A DNA stretch of 64,000 nucleotides from Octopus vulgaris (lineage: Eukaryota). Below are positions 1 to 13,330 of the stretch, one piece after another (position 1 is the first letter of the stretch; each line of letters opens with the position of its first letter). The DNA lies in contig OX597824.1 in NCBI GenBank assembly GCA_951406725.2, forward strand, positions 80,972,001 through 81,036,000, written 5' to 3'. The translations under genes and the position numbers were made by a program. Below the pieces are notes generated by a model that was not told the DNA's origin, ran no database searches, and saw only the letters and a list, made by a program, of their open reading frames with translations.

Positions 1-80
1 GAAGGTGTGTATATAGTGGTACTTGCAGTCATGGGATACTAAATATGGTACGTTACGTTCATGCGCTTGTGTACGTACGT

Positions 81-126
<46 letters not shown>

Positions 127-864
127 ACGTGCGTGTGCGTGTGTGTATACGTGTGTAGGTATGTGTATCTGCCTCGGTCGAAACTGAGAAGGTTAGTTAG
201 AGAGAGAGAGAATGAGAAAAAGATATGTTTAATGTACAAAGTATATGGTTATGAACTATTAATAGTTTCATACACTGCAGATGTTGCCTAGGCAGGTTTT
301 AATGACACGCCTAGTGTGTCCAAGCAATCGATTGGCTCTGAGCACATTCATATACACATACGTGCTTGCCTCTTCCAGTGGAAGCGTGAGAAGCGAGAGA
401 GCAATATGTATTAAGCTTGTGCATGTATGCAAGCACAGATGCATGCCGTGCATGTGCGTATGTTTGTATGCATGCATGTATGTTTGCATGCATGATTGTA
501 TACATGTATACATGTACACATGTGGGTATACATGCATGTGAGCATCTTTGCATATTTGTTTAAATGTATGCATCTTTGCACGTATGTATACATGTATCCA
601 TGCATGTTTGTATGAATGTATGTATACATGTATGTATGTCTGCCTGCATGTATGCATGTATGTAAGCATGCTTGCATGTTTGTCTATATATATGCATGTT
701 TGCATGTATGTATATATGCAAATATATACGAACGATTATATGTATATATGCAAATATATTAACAAATGTATATATCCAAATATATATATAACAAATGTAT
801 ATATGCAAATATATATGAACAGATGTATGTATGCAATATATATATATAAACATATAAACAAATG

Positions 865-1350
865 TATGTACGCATGCCTTTCATACGCTTTGCGTAGCCG
901 GCCCAACGCATCTGAGATGCTTGTGTATCCTACCTTTATAAGGATGCTCGGGCACCATGTCGAGTGCTTTGCTTCGTCGCCTGATATTGAATGTGTTCCA
1001 AGCATTTTTGATGAATGCGGTGGAGCACCTTGAGTTCACTATGAGCAGTATGTACTGCCCATTTTCAAAAACGTACAATGCAGCCGTTGGTATGCATGCA
1101 TTGGAAGCGCTCAACTTTGTCTTGGTGACGCTACGATTTGTCCACACTATCTTTGCCAGCGTCTCAAAGGTTACAGATTTTTTTTCGGTGCTATTTCTTG
1201 CAGTCTTCGAGGCCTCTCTCGTTTGTAGTAGTAATAATAATTGCTTACGTTGGGCTATTTCTTGCTTAACGTCTCTGATGAAAAGTGACCATCCCACGTT
1301 TTTAAGAGTACATAGGATTTCGTCAACTATTATCTCTTCTTTTCATATGA
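865..1350 (-). pseudogene. Degenerate RTE-clade LINE, C-terminal part of the reverse transcriptase region
   Basis: Minus-strand frames joined by frameshifts read RDVKQEIAQR...SVTFETLAKIVWTNRSVTKTKLSASNACIPTAALY...WAVHTAHSELKVLHRIHQKCLEHI...QMRWAGYAKRM. This matches the RTE pattern EI..R...F..L.K.VW.NR...TK...ACV...LLYG.E.W...FHQ.CL..IL...LRWAGH..RM. Confidence 0.75.
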
Positions 1351-1777
1351 TGAGGGATTTGAGCAAAATTTAACTGCTATTTCTTGCAGCTCGAGCGTCT
1401 GTGCAGAGGCTAGGAACTCGGAGAAGTTTAGCGTTGTGGAAGTGGTTTAAAGAACGAATGTAATTGTGGGTAGAGGTGAATGTGATAAAGCAGGCTAGAC
1501 ATAAGTGAACACAAGTAGAGCTAATTTTAAAGGATAAGAACAGAGATAATGTGATAATGTGCTGGGGGTGCGAAGAGAAGCGGGGGGTACTGTTAGATGG
1601 TGCAGGATCCGCATGGGTAAAGGGAGGAGGAGGAGGGAGTAGGTGCGGTCGTTGTTGCAGAAAAGAATGCGTGCTGATATGAGGTAGATAGAGGTAGTTG
1701 CGAAGATGGATAGGTGTGGACATGATGAGCTGGAAGTGCAGGAACTGAAGAAACTAAAAAGTTCAATGTGGAGATGG

Positions 1778-2135
1778 GTAGTGGTTGTGGTGGTGGTGGT
1801 GGTTGTGGTGGTGGTGGTGGTGGTGGTGGTTGTGGTGGTGGTAGTGGTGATGGTAGTAGTGGTGGTGGTGGTGGTGGTGGTGCTTTTGGTGGTGGTGGTA
1901 GTGGTGGGAGTGGGGGTGCTTTGGTGGTAGTTGTGGTGATGGTGGTGGTGGTGGAGGTGGTAGTGATGGGAGTGGGGGTGCTTTTGGTGGTGGTGGTGGT
2001 AGTGGTGGGAGTGGGGGTGCTTTTGGTGGTGGAGGTGGTAGTAGTAGTGGTGGTGGTGGTGGTGGTGGTGGTGGTGGTGGTGGTGGAGGTGGTCGTGGTA
2101 GTAGTAGTGGAGGTGGTGGTGGTGGTGGTGGTGGG
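1778..2135. repeat. (GGT)n trinucleotide microsatellite with internal ~50-bp higher-order repeats
   Basis: Direct reading; the motif GGGAGTGGGGGTGCTTT recurs three times. Confidence 0.95.
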
Positions 2136-2591
2136 TAAGAATAACTGTAAAAATGTTTTAGTAATGAGGAATTGACGAGGATAATGGTAGTGCTGATAGA
2201 TGTCATTGTGGTGGTGGTGGTGGTTATGTTAGTAGTGATTGTAAGAGTAATTAGGGTGGGTAGTAGAGGTACTAGTGATGATAGTTGTAGGTTGGGTTCT
2301 GTGGTGGTCCTAGATCTGGTGTTGGGGACGAAAATACTACCTCCGAATGCCGAAATTTAACGATGAGTTCAAGGACACAAAGAAAATTGGTGGTTTAATG
2401 GATGACATGTGAACTCAAGGGACAAGAAGAGCCCCTAAAAAGTAGACAGAAAGGCATACACATTCCCAACCACTCATACACACAGGCACCACACAAATAT
2501 ATAAACATACGTACACATACTTACATAATTATATACATACATATATATACACACACACATGTATATAAATGCATGTAATTGAATATGTATT

Positions 2592-2630
<39 letters not shown>

Positions 2631-2644
2631 TATATATGTGCATA

Positions 2645-2835
2645 GTAAATCTCCAAAGGAACAAACACAAAAACAACAACGCGAGGAGGTGGTACACGTA
2701 AAGTATTAGCTGACACTCAGGGAAGGAAAAAAAAGATGGCTTAACGTTTTGAGCAGACGCGCCTCTTCGGAAACAGAGGAAAGTCCAATAGAAGGGAAGA
2801 CGGAGGAAGAAAATCGCCAACGATTCACGTGTGGT
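2645..2835 (-). mobile_element. Short non-autonomous PLE-like element (family P1) with a degenerate hammerhead-like motif
   Basis: Homologous to 62170-62380 (opposite strand) and 23076-23180. Minus strand 2739-2774 reads TGTTT CCGAAGA GGCGCGTCTGCTC AAAACGTT AAGC. Flanked by (TA)n/(CA)n. Confidence 0.6.
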
Positions 2836-2963
2836 TAAGTATACATGCACATGTATGTATACACACACACACACACACACAAACACACATATATATATAT
2901 AGATAGGTATATATATATATATACACATATATGTGTGTCTATATATATATATATGTATACATG

Positions 2964-3049
<86 letters not shown>

Positions 3050-4073
3050 TGTGTGTGTGTGTGTATTTATATGAATAACCATACACATGCGCATACCCAC
3101 ATGTATATTATACTTTTTTCTCTTAGCGTTGCATTTTGCGCAATCGTCTCTGCTCTTTCTTTTTTCTTCCTGCTGACAAGACAGTCACTGTTTCATATTC
3201 TTTGTCGCTGTAGTCCTTACGTACTGATTGTCTTAGTACATTTGCGCTGACTTTTTCATCACATCAGCAGACCTACAACCAAAATTGGTCTATATTTTCC
3301 TACACTTTTTGCCGTTCTGTCCTCATCATCATTTCTTGGCACTCTGATGTGGGAAATGAGCATAAATTACATTGACATGTAATCAACAAGCGAAAGAGGA
3401 AGTAATTTCCATGCTGATATTTTGTCTTGAGCATTTCACATGTTGTCTGCATAATATTTAATTTCTATCTCACACACAGACGTACACACGTATGTACACA
3501 CACACACACACTTGTATAATCACACAAACACTCACTTGTGCACATAGACTGCCTCACGCGCCATTCAAATCTCGTTCCAAAGCTGAAGATTCTGGAAATA
3601 ACTTACTTATCTCCAGATGAAACGTCTCCCAAGTTGTTAGCGATTCAAGAAATGTAGTCAATAAAATTAATCCAGAACTGTATATATATAAAGTCAAAAT
3701 AAGCAACAAGTATATCCAGAGGTAATGCAGTACGATCGTTTCATGCGATTCCATTTAATTGAGCAATGCAATCATTTCATTACATCAATTTAAAATGTAG
3801 AGCGATCTTCAGCTGCAGAAAGACATAGAATTTAATTAAATTTGAAGGACACATTAATATAATTTTACCCCAAATCTCCAAGAGGATAAGGAGATAGACA
3901 AAGAACATGTTTTACCAACAACATCATAGTTGTAACTGAATTCTTTGCAAGATGACATATATATATACATACATACATACATACATACATACATACATAC
4001 ATACATACATTTGTATGCGTGTGATTGTGTATACGCATACTGAACTTTTTTTCTCTCTCTGTTCATCCTTCAA

Positions 4074-4077
4074 TCTG

Positions 4078-4161
<84 letters not shown>

Positions 4162-4162
4162 A

Positions 4163-4214
<52 letters not shown>

Positions 4215-4231
4215 GTATGTATGTATGTATG

Positions 4232-4300
<69 letters not shown>
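4074..4300. repeat. (CTAT)n tetranucleotide microsatellite
   Basis: Direct reading. Confidence 0.95.
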
Positions 4301-4301
<1 letters not shown>

Positions 4302-4784
4302 CATTTCTATCTATGTCCCATCTGTGTGCAGCCCTGTGTGGCCAATAAAGAAACTTATTTATACGTGCATTCATATAAACATACATACGTACATAGACAT
4401 TTACCTTCGTAGCTACTGTAAATTTCGTGTTTTGGGCACAATCAGACCTAAGTTTTTATTCGGTTTAATTCTTCGAAATTGGAATGTAAAGAATTTGTCT
4501 TCTGTCTGTGTGCTTGATTCTAATATAGTAGGTCTCACAACATCACCACCATAACACAATGATTGCTGTTTAAATTGCTGATCTGAGATATTGGTGTACT
4601 GTAGACAGTTTGAGAAGCAGCTGTTACTGTCTGGGTCATGTTTTGTTTTTGTCCAATTTCCCGTTTGTTATGTTATCGTCTAGATTTCCGTATGTTATGT
4701 TTTAGCTGATTTCCCGCTTGCTGTGTTTTCTCTTTGCAGCGTTCTTTCTGTTCAACCCTTGTTATATATATATACATATATACT

Positions 4785-5270
<486 letters not shown>

Positions 5271-5989
5271 AAGAATATATATACATATATATATATATAC
5301 ACACACGCACATACATTGTACGCACACAGATATATGTGTTAACCTGCTTATATGTGTATTTGTATGTGTGTGTATTTGTATGTGTGTGTGTGTGTGTGTG
5401 TATTTGTATGTGTGTGTGTGTGTGTGTGTATGTGTGATGTGCGTTTGTAATTCAATCGCACGCACACACTCATTCGCAATATATATATCTCCCTATATAC
5501 GTACGCGTACCCCCATACGTACCTATGCATCTACAGATGTGTCTAGGTACAGGCGCACTTCCCTTTTCCACCCCACTCTCCAGCTGGGATAGGTAAAGTT
5601 CAAGGTCCCTCTTGTTATGACGCCTCGTATTTCCTTCCCCCCTAATTCCTCAACAATCTGTCTACTCCCACCACCACCACCACCCCGACTCTATGATTAC
5701 TTTCCCCCACCACCACCACTACAGCTGTACCTCATACCACCCCTCATCCATCACCTTTGTACACCTTATTCCCTCTACCGCTTTTTCTAAATAGGACGAT
5801 CTTTTGCTGGTTCATAAGGATTGTTCCTTGAAATTGATGTTGTTGTAGTTTTTGTTCTTGCTCTTGTTGTTGTTGTTGTTGTTGTTGTCACTCTAACCTT
5901 TATTTTGTTTTATTATTTTTGGCACCATTCCAGTAGTGTTTTTTTATTTATTTATTTATTATATATATATATATGTGTGTGTATATAAG

Positions 5990-6965
5990 TGCGTGTGTGT
6001 GTGTATGGCAGTGCGTCAGTGGATCTGTGTGTGTGTGCGTGTATGCTTGTGTGTGTATGCCAGTGTGTCAGTGGATCTGTGTGTGTGTATGCATGTGTGT
6101 GCGTGTGTGTGTGTGTGTATGCCAGTGTGTCAGTGGATCTGTGTGTGTGTATGCCTGTGTGTCAGTGGATCTGTGTGTGTGTGTGTGTGCGTGTATGCTC
6201 GTGTGTGTGTATGACAGTGTGTCAGTGGATCTGCGCGTGTGTGTGTATATGTGTGTGTTTGTGTGTATGTGTGTTAGCATGTCAGCGGATATGTGTGCAT
6301 GTGTATGTATATGACCCTGTGAAAGCGTTTGACTGTGTGCGTGTGTGTGTGTGTGTGCCAGTGTGTGTGTGTATGCATGTGTATGCTTGTGTGTGTGTGT
6401 ATGCCAGTGTGTCAGTGGATCTGTGTGTGTGTATGCCTGTGTGTCAGTGGATCTGTGTGTGTGTGTGCGTGTATGCTTGTGTGTGTATGACAGTGTGTCA
6501 GTGGATCTGCGCGTGTATGTGCATATGTGTGTGTGTGTGTTTGTGTGTATGTGTGTTAGCATGTCAGAGGATATGTGTGCATGTGTATGTATATGACCCT
6601 GTGAAAGCGTTTCACTGTGTGCGTGTGTGTGTGTGTATGTCAGTGTGTCAGTGGACCTCTGTGTGTGTGTTAGCGTGTCAGCGGATGTGTGTGCATGTGT
6701 ATGTATATGTCCCTGTGAAAGCGTTTCACTGTTTGTGTGTGTGCGTGTTGAAATATGTGTATGCACGCATCTGTGTGCCTTTGTGCATGTGTTTAGCATT
6801 TTAGTATTTGTGTGTTGTGCGTGTGTGTGTGTGTGTGTATGAGTGTGTTAGCGTGTCAGCGGATATGTGTGCGTGTGTATGGGTACGTCCCTGTGAAAGC
6901 ATTTGACTGTCTGTGTTTGTGCCTATGTGTATGAGTGTGTGTGTGTGCGTGCGTTGAAATATGTG
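5990..6965. repeat. Composite minisatellite on a (TG)n backbone with a ~300-bp higher-order period
   Basis: Recurrent units CAGTGTGTCAGTGGATCTG and ATATGACCCTGTGAAAGCGTTT. Confidence 0.9.
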
Positions 6966-7327
6966 TATGTATGTATGCAACATACAGTGATATGTATATC
7001 TATACGTAAGTGTTAAGCATTTTTTACTTCTGTCGGTGTGTGTATGTGTGTATGTTTATCCACGACTGTTTGAAATATACCAGTGTGTGTGCGCGCGCGG
7101 TGTGTGTGTGTGTGAGCGCAGATATGTGTGCATGTGTGTGTGTGTGTGTTTGCATGTGCGTGTAGTCAAGTGTGTCCCAATGTATTTATGTATGTATGTA
7201 TGAATGTATGTATGAATGTATGTATGAATGTATGTATGTATGCATGTATGTATATTTACTGTGCGGTTATTCTTATAAGATTTCACTTCCTATTTTGCTC
7301 GGGAGTCTTTCATATACCTCTAGAAGC

Positions 7328-7745
7328 ACTACCACCACCACCACCACCACCACCACCACCACCACCACCACCGCTGTCGCCGCAACCACCACCAGTACAA
7401 TCACCACCACTACCACCATAAACATCATCAGTACCACCATCGCCATCACCACCATTACCACCACTACCATAACCACGACCAATACCACCATCAACATCAC
7501 CACCATCACCACCGTCACCAGCATCACCACCACCATCACCATCACCACCACCACCACTGGTACCATCAACATCACCAATACCACCAGCACAAACACCACC
7601 ACCAGCACAACCACCATGACCACTACCACCATCATCATTACCCTCATCACCATCACCACCACCACCACCACCACTACCACCAAGACTACCACCACCATTA
7701 CTACCACCACCACCACCACCACTATGGAAACTACCACAGCTACCA
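7328..7745. repeat. (ACC)n/(ATC)n degenerate trinucleotide repeat
   Basis: Direct reading; source of the poly-T/P/V ORFs. Confidence 0.95.
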
Positions 7746-8547
7746 TCAACATAATCATTTTTTGTTCACTCATTGCACACACATACACACGCACACGCAC
7801 GTATACACACACACACACAGGTCATATACAGACAGACACGTGGACACTCACTAGAGACGTACATGCACGTGTACGCATGCGCACACAAATACATAAATAC
7901 GCTCGAACATCTGGGAAAGCTACATTGGTTTGTTGTTGCGATTGTTGTTATTGGTTTAGGTGATGTAACTGACAATCTGTTGCTGCTGCTACTGCGGCTG
8001 CCGCTGCTGCTGCTCTTATTTCCATTTCGTATCCTCTTTCATCATCAGCAGCATCCTCATCTCTGTCATCTTCCTTTCATTCTTTCTTTTCTTTTCTTTC
8101 TTTCTTTCTTTTATCACCATTATCATCATCATCATCATCATCATTATCATCGTCATCATCATCATCATCATCACTATCATCGTCGACTTCGCAGAAAGAC
8201 AATCGCGACCCCCATCACTACCATCACCATCACCATCAGCATCATAACCATCGTTATCGCAAGTAACAACATCGTCAGCAACATCAGCAATACCACCACC
8301 ACCACCACCACCACCACCACCACCACCACCACCACCACCAGCACCACCACCACCACCACCACCACCTTCATCATCCGCACCATCATCGTCATTTTCCTTC
8401 CCGTCGTCGTCCTCCTCCTCCTCATCATCATCATCATCAACATAACCATCCTGATCCTCACCAAAAGCAATAACTACAATAATACTGGCAGTAAGTCTTT
8501 ACGACGCCTCGGGTTATGTTGTTTCAGTGATGTACTTTTGACGAAAT

Positions 8548-8713
8548 AGGCGTAGAAGTGGCTGTGTGGTAAGTAGCTTGCTTACCAGCCACATGGTTCC
8601 GGGTTCAGTCCCACTGCGTGGCACCTTGCCCAAGTGTCTTCTACTACAGCCTCGGGCCGACCAAAGCCTTGTGAATGGATTTGGTAGACGGAAACTGAAA
8701 GAAGCCCGTCGTA

Positions 8714-8750
<37 letters not shown>

Positions 8751-8961
8751 CTTTACTACCCACAAGGGGCTAAACGCAGAGGGGACAAATGAGGACAGAC
8801 AAACAGATTAAGTCGATTACATCGACCCCAGTGCGTAACTGGTACTTAATTTATCGACCCCGAAAGGATGAAAGGCAAAGTTGACCACGGCGGAATTTGA
8901 ACCCAGAACGTAACGGTTACGCATTTCGCCCAGCGTGCTAACGTTTCTGCCAGCTCGCCGC

Positions 8962-9044
<83 letters not shown>

Positions 9045-9235
9045 TCCCCCAGCATCGCTTGACAACCGTTGCTGGTGTGTTTACGTCCACGTGACTTAAC
9101 GGTTCGGCAAAATCGACCGGTTGAATAAGTACTAGGCTTACAAAGAATAAGTCCTGGGGTCGATTTGCTCAGCTAAAGGCAGTGCCCCAGCATGGCCACA
9201 GTCAAATGATGAAACAAGTAAAAGAGTGAAAGAGT
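8548..9235 (+). mobile_element. SINE family A, full length, with a family B SINE nested in its internal (TA)n
   Basis: Head GGCGTAGAAGTGGCTGTGTGGTAAG (A box)...GGTTCAGTCCC (B box)...GGCACCTTG.CAAGTGTCTT (CORE-like); the tail resumes at ~9040. Confidence 0.9.
8747..8963 (-). mobile_element. SINE family B (tRNA-like head; GCCTTTCATCCTTTCGGGGTCGATAAA central domain)
   Basis: Reverse complement of the unit at 13331-13561; flanked by (TA)n on both sides. Confidence 0.9.
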
Positions 9236-9372
9236 AAATCTAGTTTTAGCCAACACAGCAAATGTCATATAACCAGGGCTATTCCCTATTTTTTAGGGGA
9301 CACACCAGGCATTCTATTCATTTAGCCAACACAGCAAGAGTAATCATAGCAAATTAGCTAATTATATAGGCT

Positions 9373-9429
<57 letters not shown>

Positions 9430-9680
9430 CGTAGAGTAGATGAAACCATGGCGACTGAAGAAGGGGTTTTTTCTTTGTGTTAATTGTCCTGTACTCTCTA
9501 TATTTTTTTGTTGTTAAAAAAATGTCCAGTTCCTTGGGTTTGTGTCTAATGTTTTCGTTTCTCATTGTGTTCGACGTTTTTTTTGGTGTCCTGTACTCAT
9601 ATATGCGTGTATATATACATGTAGAGGTTGGTACGTACATATATGTTTATATATATGCATATGTTTTATTTTTTTATTTA

Positions 9681-9734
<54 letters not shown>

Positions 9735-10039
9735 ATTTGTATTATTCATCTTCTAGAATAAAAAAGTGCAATCAATGAAACTGCTTTCAGTTCTAATGTG
9801 GGATTAATCGAAAACTGGGCATTACCCGCTTTTTTTAAATATACATATTGGAAATAGGGGTCTCACGACATCGGAAAATCTAATTTGCTCTAATAACGCA
9901 TTGATGGTAGTTAGTTGGGGTAATAAATTTTAATGATCGAGGAGATATGCATTCTGTGTTTATAACATCCCCTCAAAACTGCACGTACATTTGCAATATT
10001 TTTCTCAGTTCTGCTGGTTGTGGGTCTCCCGGAATGTTC

Positions 10040-10330
10040 GTCAATCTCAACATTTTTTTCGGCCATCTTGGAAACGACTGAACCTCTCTGACATTTGTGT
10101 GCGGCTCATACGCTCCTCTCCGTAGACTTTCTGCAACTTTGCGTAGGCCTCTGAGCAAGTGTCGCCAATGACAACTCTCTCTGTCATGGTCGATGCAACG
10201 ATCACACGCCACACACATTCCTTCCAAGCACTGCTGTAAACAGAGTTCAAGGTCAATCCTTGCCCAGCGGCTTTTCTCTGAGTGCTTTAGCTTCGTTACT
10301 ATAGCAATAGTCCGGATACTTATTGCTCAT
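10040..10330 (-). mobile_element. mariner transposon 5' remnant (TIR plus HTH fragment)
   Basis: Minus-strand translation GDTCSEAYAKLQKVYGEERMSRTQMSERFSRFQDGR matches the mariner N-terminal HTH; TIR-like CAATAAGTATCCGGACT lies upstream. Confidence 0.75.
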
Positions 10331-10952
10331 ATATATACATATTTATATATATGATCAATAAGTATCCGGACTATTGCTATAGTAACGAAGCTAAAGCATA
10401 TATATATATGCAGAAACATGTATATATTTGTATATATTTATATCTAGCTCCCTCCCACAAAATTCCAGGCCTTGTGCCTTTAGTAGAAAGGATTATTATT
10501 ATTATTATCATTATTATTATTATTATTTTTATTATTATTATTATTATTATTGGTCTTAATTTATGCATATATTTTTAGTATATTGTAATATACCGTTTCA
10601 CAAATTAAGCTATGTGTATTGATTGATTCCAAAAATGAAAACTAGACATGAATTCGTACTACAGATTCTTATCATCGTATATTTTTATATTGATAGAATA
10701 AATAAATCCACTTATAAACTATTCGGTGTGCTTAGTTGATAGTTTCGAAGATATTACCCAGAATGAGAGGAGCTTGCTCTGGTTATGTGCCGTCAGTAAA
10801 GAAGTATGAAGGAAGTGTCATTATTAAAACAGGTATAGTTACAGTGAGGAAAAGAAAAGTGCAACGTTTCTACCTGATTGTGTTTTGTCAAAAATAGAGA
10901 GGTGCGTTTTCTGGGCGTGTCGCTATCTGATTATTTATCAACAATAAATAAA

Positions 10953-11490
10953 TCCCTATATATAAAGCTGAAGTTGTCTGTGTTTGTGTAGCAGGTTCGG
11001 TAGCCTTCAAATAACACTATCTCATCCGAGACCCTGCGGCGAGGCTTGCTCTTATTTCCGTAGAAGAAAAAACAGTCAAATCGGATCATGTTAACACCAA
11101 AAATGATTTACAACAAAAAGGTGCTTTTTGTCTATGAAAATCCCTAATTTTTACGATTTTTTAACTGCTGTGTCGCCATTTTTCAGTTGCATTTCAACCA
11201 GAAAAATGTTCACTTAATGAGAATAACAAGCTACATAATGCAAAATTTTTACTTTTCAAAAATTCCAATTCTAAAGGGTCGAAAAGAATTTTTTTTGTGA
11301 TGTCATTGGTTTTGAGCGAACAATGGATCAGCTGATCCGATGCACATTCAGAGCAAACTCGAGCATCGCCACACTATACTTTTATTCATAGATTGAAAAT
11401 ATGTCAAAACTTTGTTAACGCGACATCAAAGTCTGCCGTTTTAAGCGCAACTAAATAGCAAACCCGAGCATCGCCGGGCTATATTGCTAG
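10953..11490 (+). mobile_element. Non-autonomous Helitron
   Basis: A|TC start (TCCCTATATATAAAGCTG), subterminal hairpin CCCGAGCATCGCCGGG and CTAG|T end; homologous to 37532-37923. Confidence 0.85.
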
Positions 11491-11882
11491 TAAATGATAA
11501 AGGAAGTGTCGATGTTAAAATAAAAGCATTTACAGTGAGAAAATGTGGATGTGCGACGTTTCGGTTTCATGATCTTTTGTCAATAACGAGAAGGGAAGTT
11601 TGTGTGTGCTACAATTTGAAATCTATTCAACACAAAAACGGAACATTACCGAAATAATAAAGCAATTAATATATAACATTGTTCAAGTGGCAGCTGACAA
11701 GCAGAATCGGTAAAATGTTGGACTAAGTAGTCGGCAGTATTTAATTACTACATTCTACATTCTGAGTCCACCTCGCACAAATTTTCATCTAAAAACCGGT
11801 AAAATAAACATTAGGCAACTAGGGAATAAAATATATACTAACCCGCCCTCCCTCGCACACATATGCACAGACACAGACACAG

Positions 11883-11945
<63 letters not shown>

Positions 11946-12215
11946 GCAGGCGCCTTGCAGTTAACGTGTACCGTAGAGTGGCATTCTATTCTGAACGTAA
12001 GAGGACGAAATATCGGTAGAGCGCTTGAAAAAATATTTCTATGTTATTTCGTTACGCCCCTTAATGTATTGTTTTCAAATCTCACCAGGATTGACTTTGC
12101 TTTCCACCACCCTTAACCTAAATTTCTGTTATATCACATAAATCTAGAAACAAATATTGAAACGCAGACACGCACACATACTGACACATAAACATATGCA
12201 TATATATATATTATA

Positions 12216-12344
<129 letters not shown>

Positions 12345-12699
12345 GATATATATAGATATAGATAGATATATATATATACACATATATATATTTAGGTTAT
12401 ATGAAAATCATTTTAAGTTACTGATGCCAATGACCCCAACCAGCTCAAGTTTACTTCGATTCTTAGTGCGTCAACATAAAGTGGGGGAAACAGGTAATGT
12501 AGTTTTACATACACCTAACTAGAGGTGGTGGTCATGGGTAGAGTATCTTTAATCATGGATCTGATCTGTCTGATTCACCTGGAGAAAAACAGCATCAATA
12601 GCAACGACTAGATACAACATAAACAGCCACAACAGTAATTACAGCATCAACATCAGCAACAACAACAACAAAACAACATTTAGCATCGAGAACAATAGT

Positions 12700-12952
12700 G
12701 GAGGCGCGTGGCTTAGTGGTTAGGGTGGTTTGACTCATGACCGTAAGATTGTGGTTTCAATTCCTGGAGACGGTGATGCGTTGTGTTCTTGAACTAAACA
12801 GTTTATTTGACGTTGCTCCAGTTCACTCACCCGGCAAAAATGAGTTATCCTGTGACGGACCCGCGTCTCGTCCAGGTGGGAAATTTTTACGCCTTGAAAC
12901 TGGGAAACCGGCTCTCATGAGCCTGTATCACTCGAGACGGTAACCTTTACCT
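12700..12952 (+). mobile_element. tRNA-derived SINE related to family C, short-tail variant
   Basis: Head GGAGGCGCGTGGCTTAGTGGTTAGG...GGTTTCAATTCC; tail GGAAACCGGCTCTCATGAGCC shared with 39392-39690. Confidence 0.75.
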
Positions 12953-13029
12953 TTATCAACAACAATAACAACCGCCAAAACAGCATCACTAACAAAATGC
13001 ACAGGCTTTATATGTATATATATATATAT

Positions 13030-13255
13030 ATGTGTGTGTGTGTCTGTGTTTGTGTGTCTGTGTTTGTCCCCTAGCATTGCTTGACAACCGATGCTGGTGT
13101 GTTTACGTCCCCGTCACTTAGCGGTTCGGCAAAAGAGACCGATGGAATAAGTACTGGGCTTACAAAGAATAAGTCCCGGGGTCGATTTGCTCGACTAAAG
13201 GCGGTGCTCAGTATGGCCGCTGTCAAATGACTGAAACAAGTAAAAGAGTAAAGAG
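13030..13255 (+). mobile_element. SINE family A, 3' half
   Basis: Near-identical to the tail of 21422-21838. Confidence 0.9.
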
Positions 13256-13330
13256 TATAAGTAATAAAAACAACACCTGGCAAAGATAACAACAGCCACA
13301 ACAACAGCATTAATGTCAATCATCGCAAAA

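Noticed and set aside
4420-4740. Possible very old PLE GIY-YIG remnant (minus strand)
   Set aside because: Only scattered residues align; insufficient without a translated search.
5990-6965. CRISPR-like spacing of the GTCAGTGGATCT unit
   Set aside because: Spacers are (TG)n rather than unique sequence, the context is eukaryotic and there are no cas genes.
7172-7963. Mucin-like Thr-rich 263-aa ORF
   Set aside because: (ACC)n repeat flanked by other microsatellites; no signal peptide or supported splice structure.
9430-9600. CTGAAGAAGGGG (and CTGAGGAAAG at ~52784) as hammerhead cores
   Set aside because: No convincing stem II plus GAAA follows. They may be decayed PLE-derived inserts but cannot be supported.
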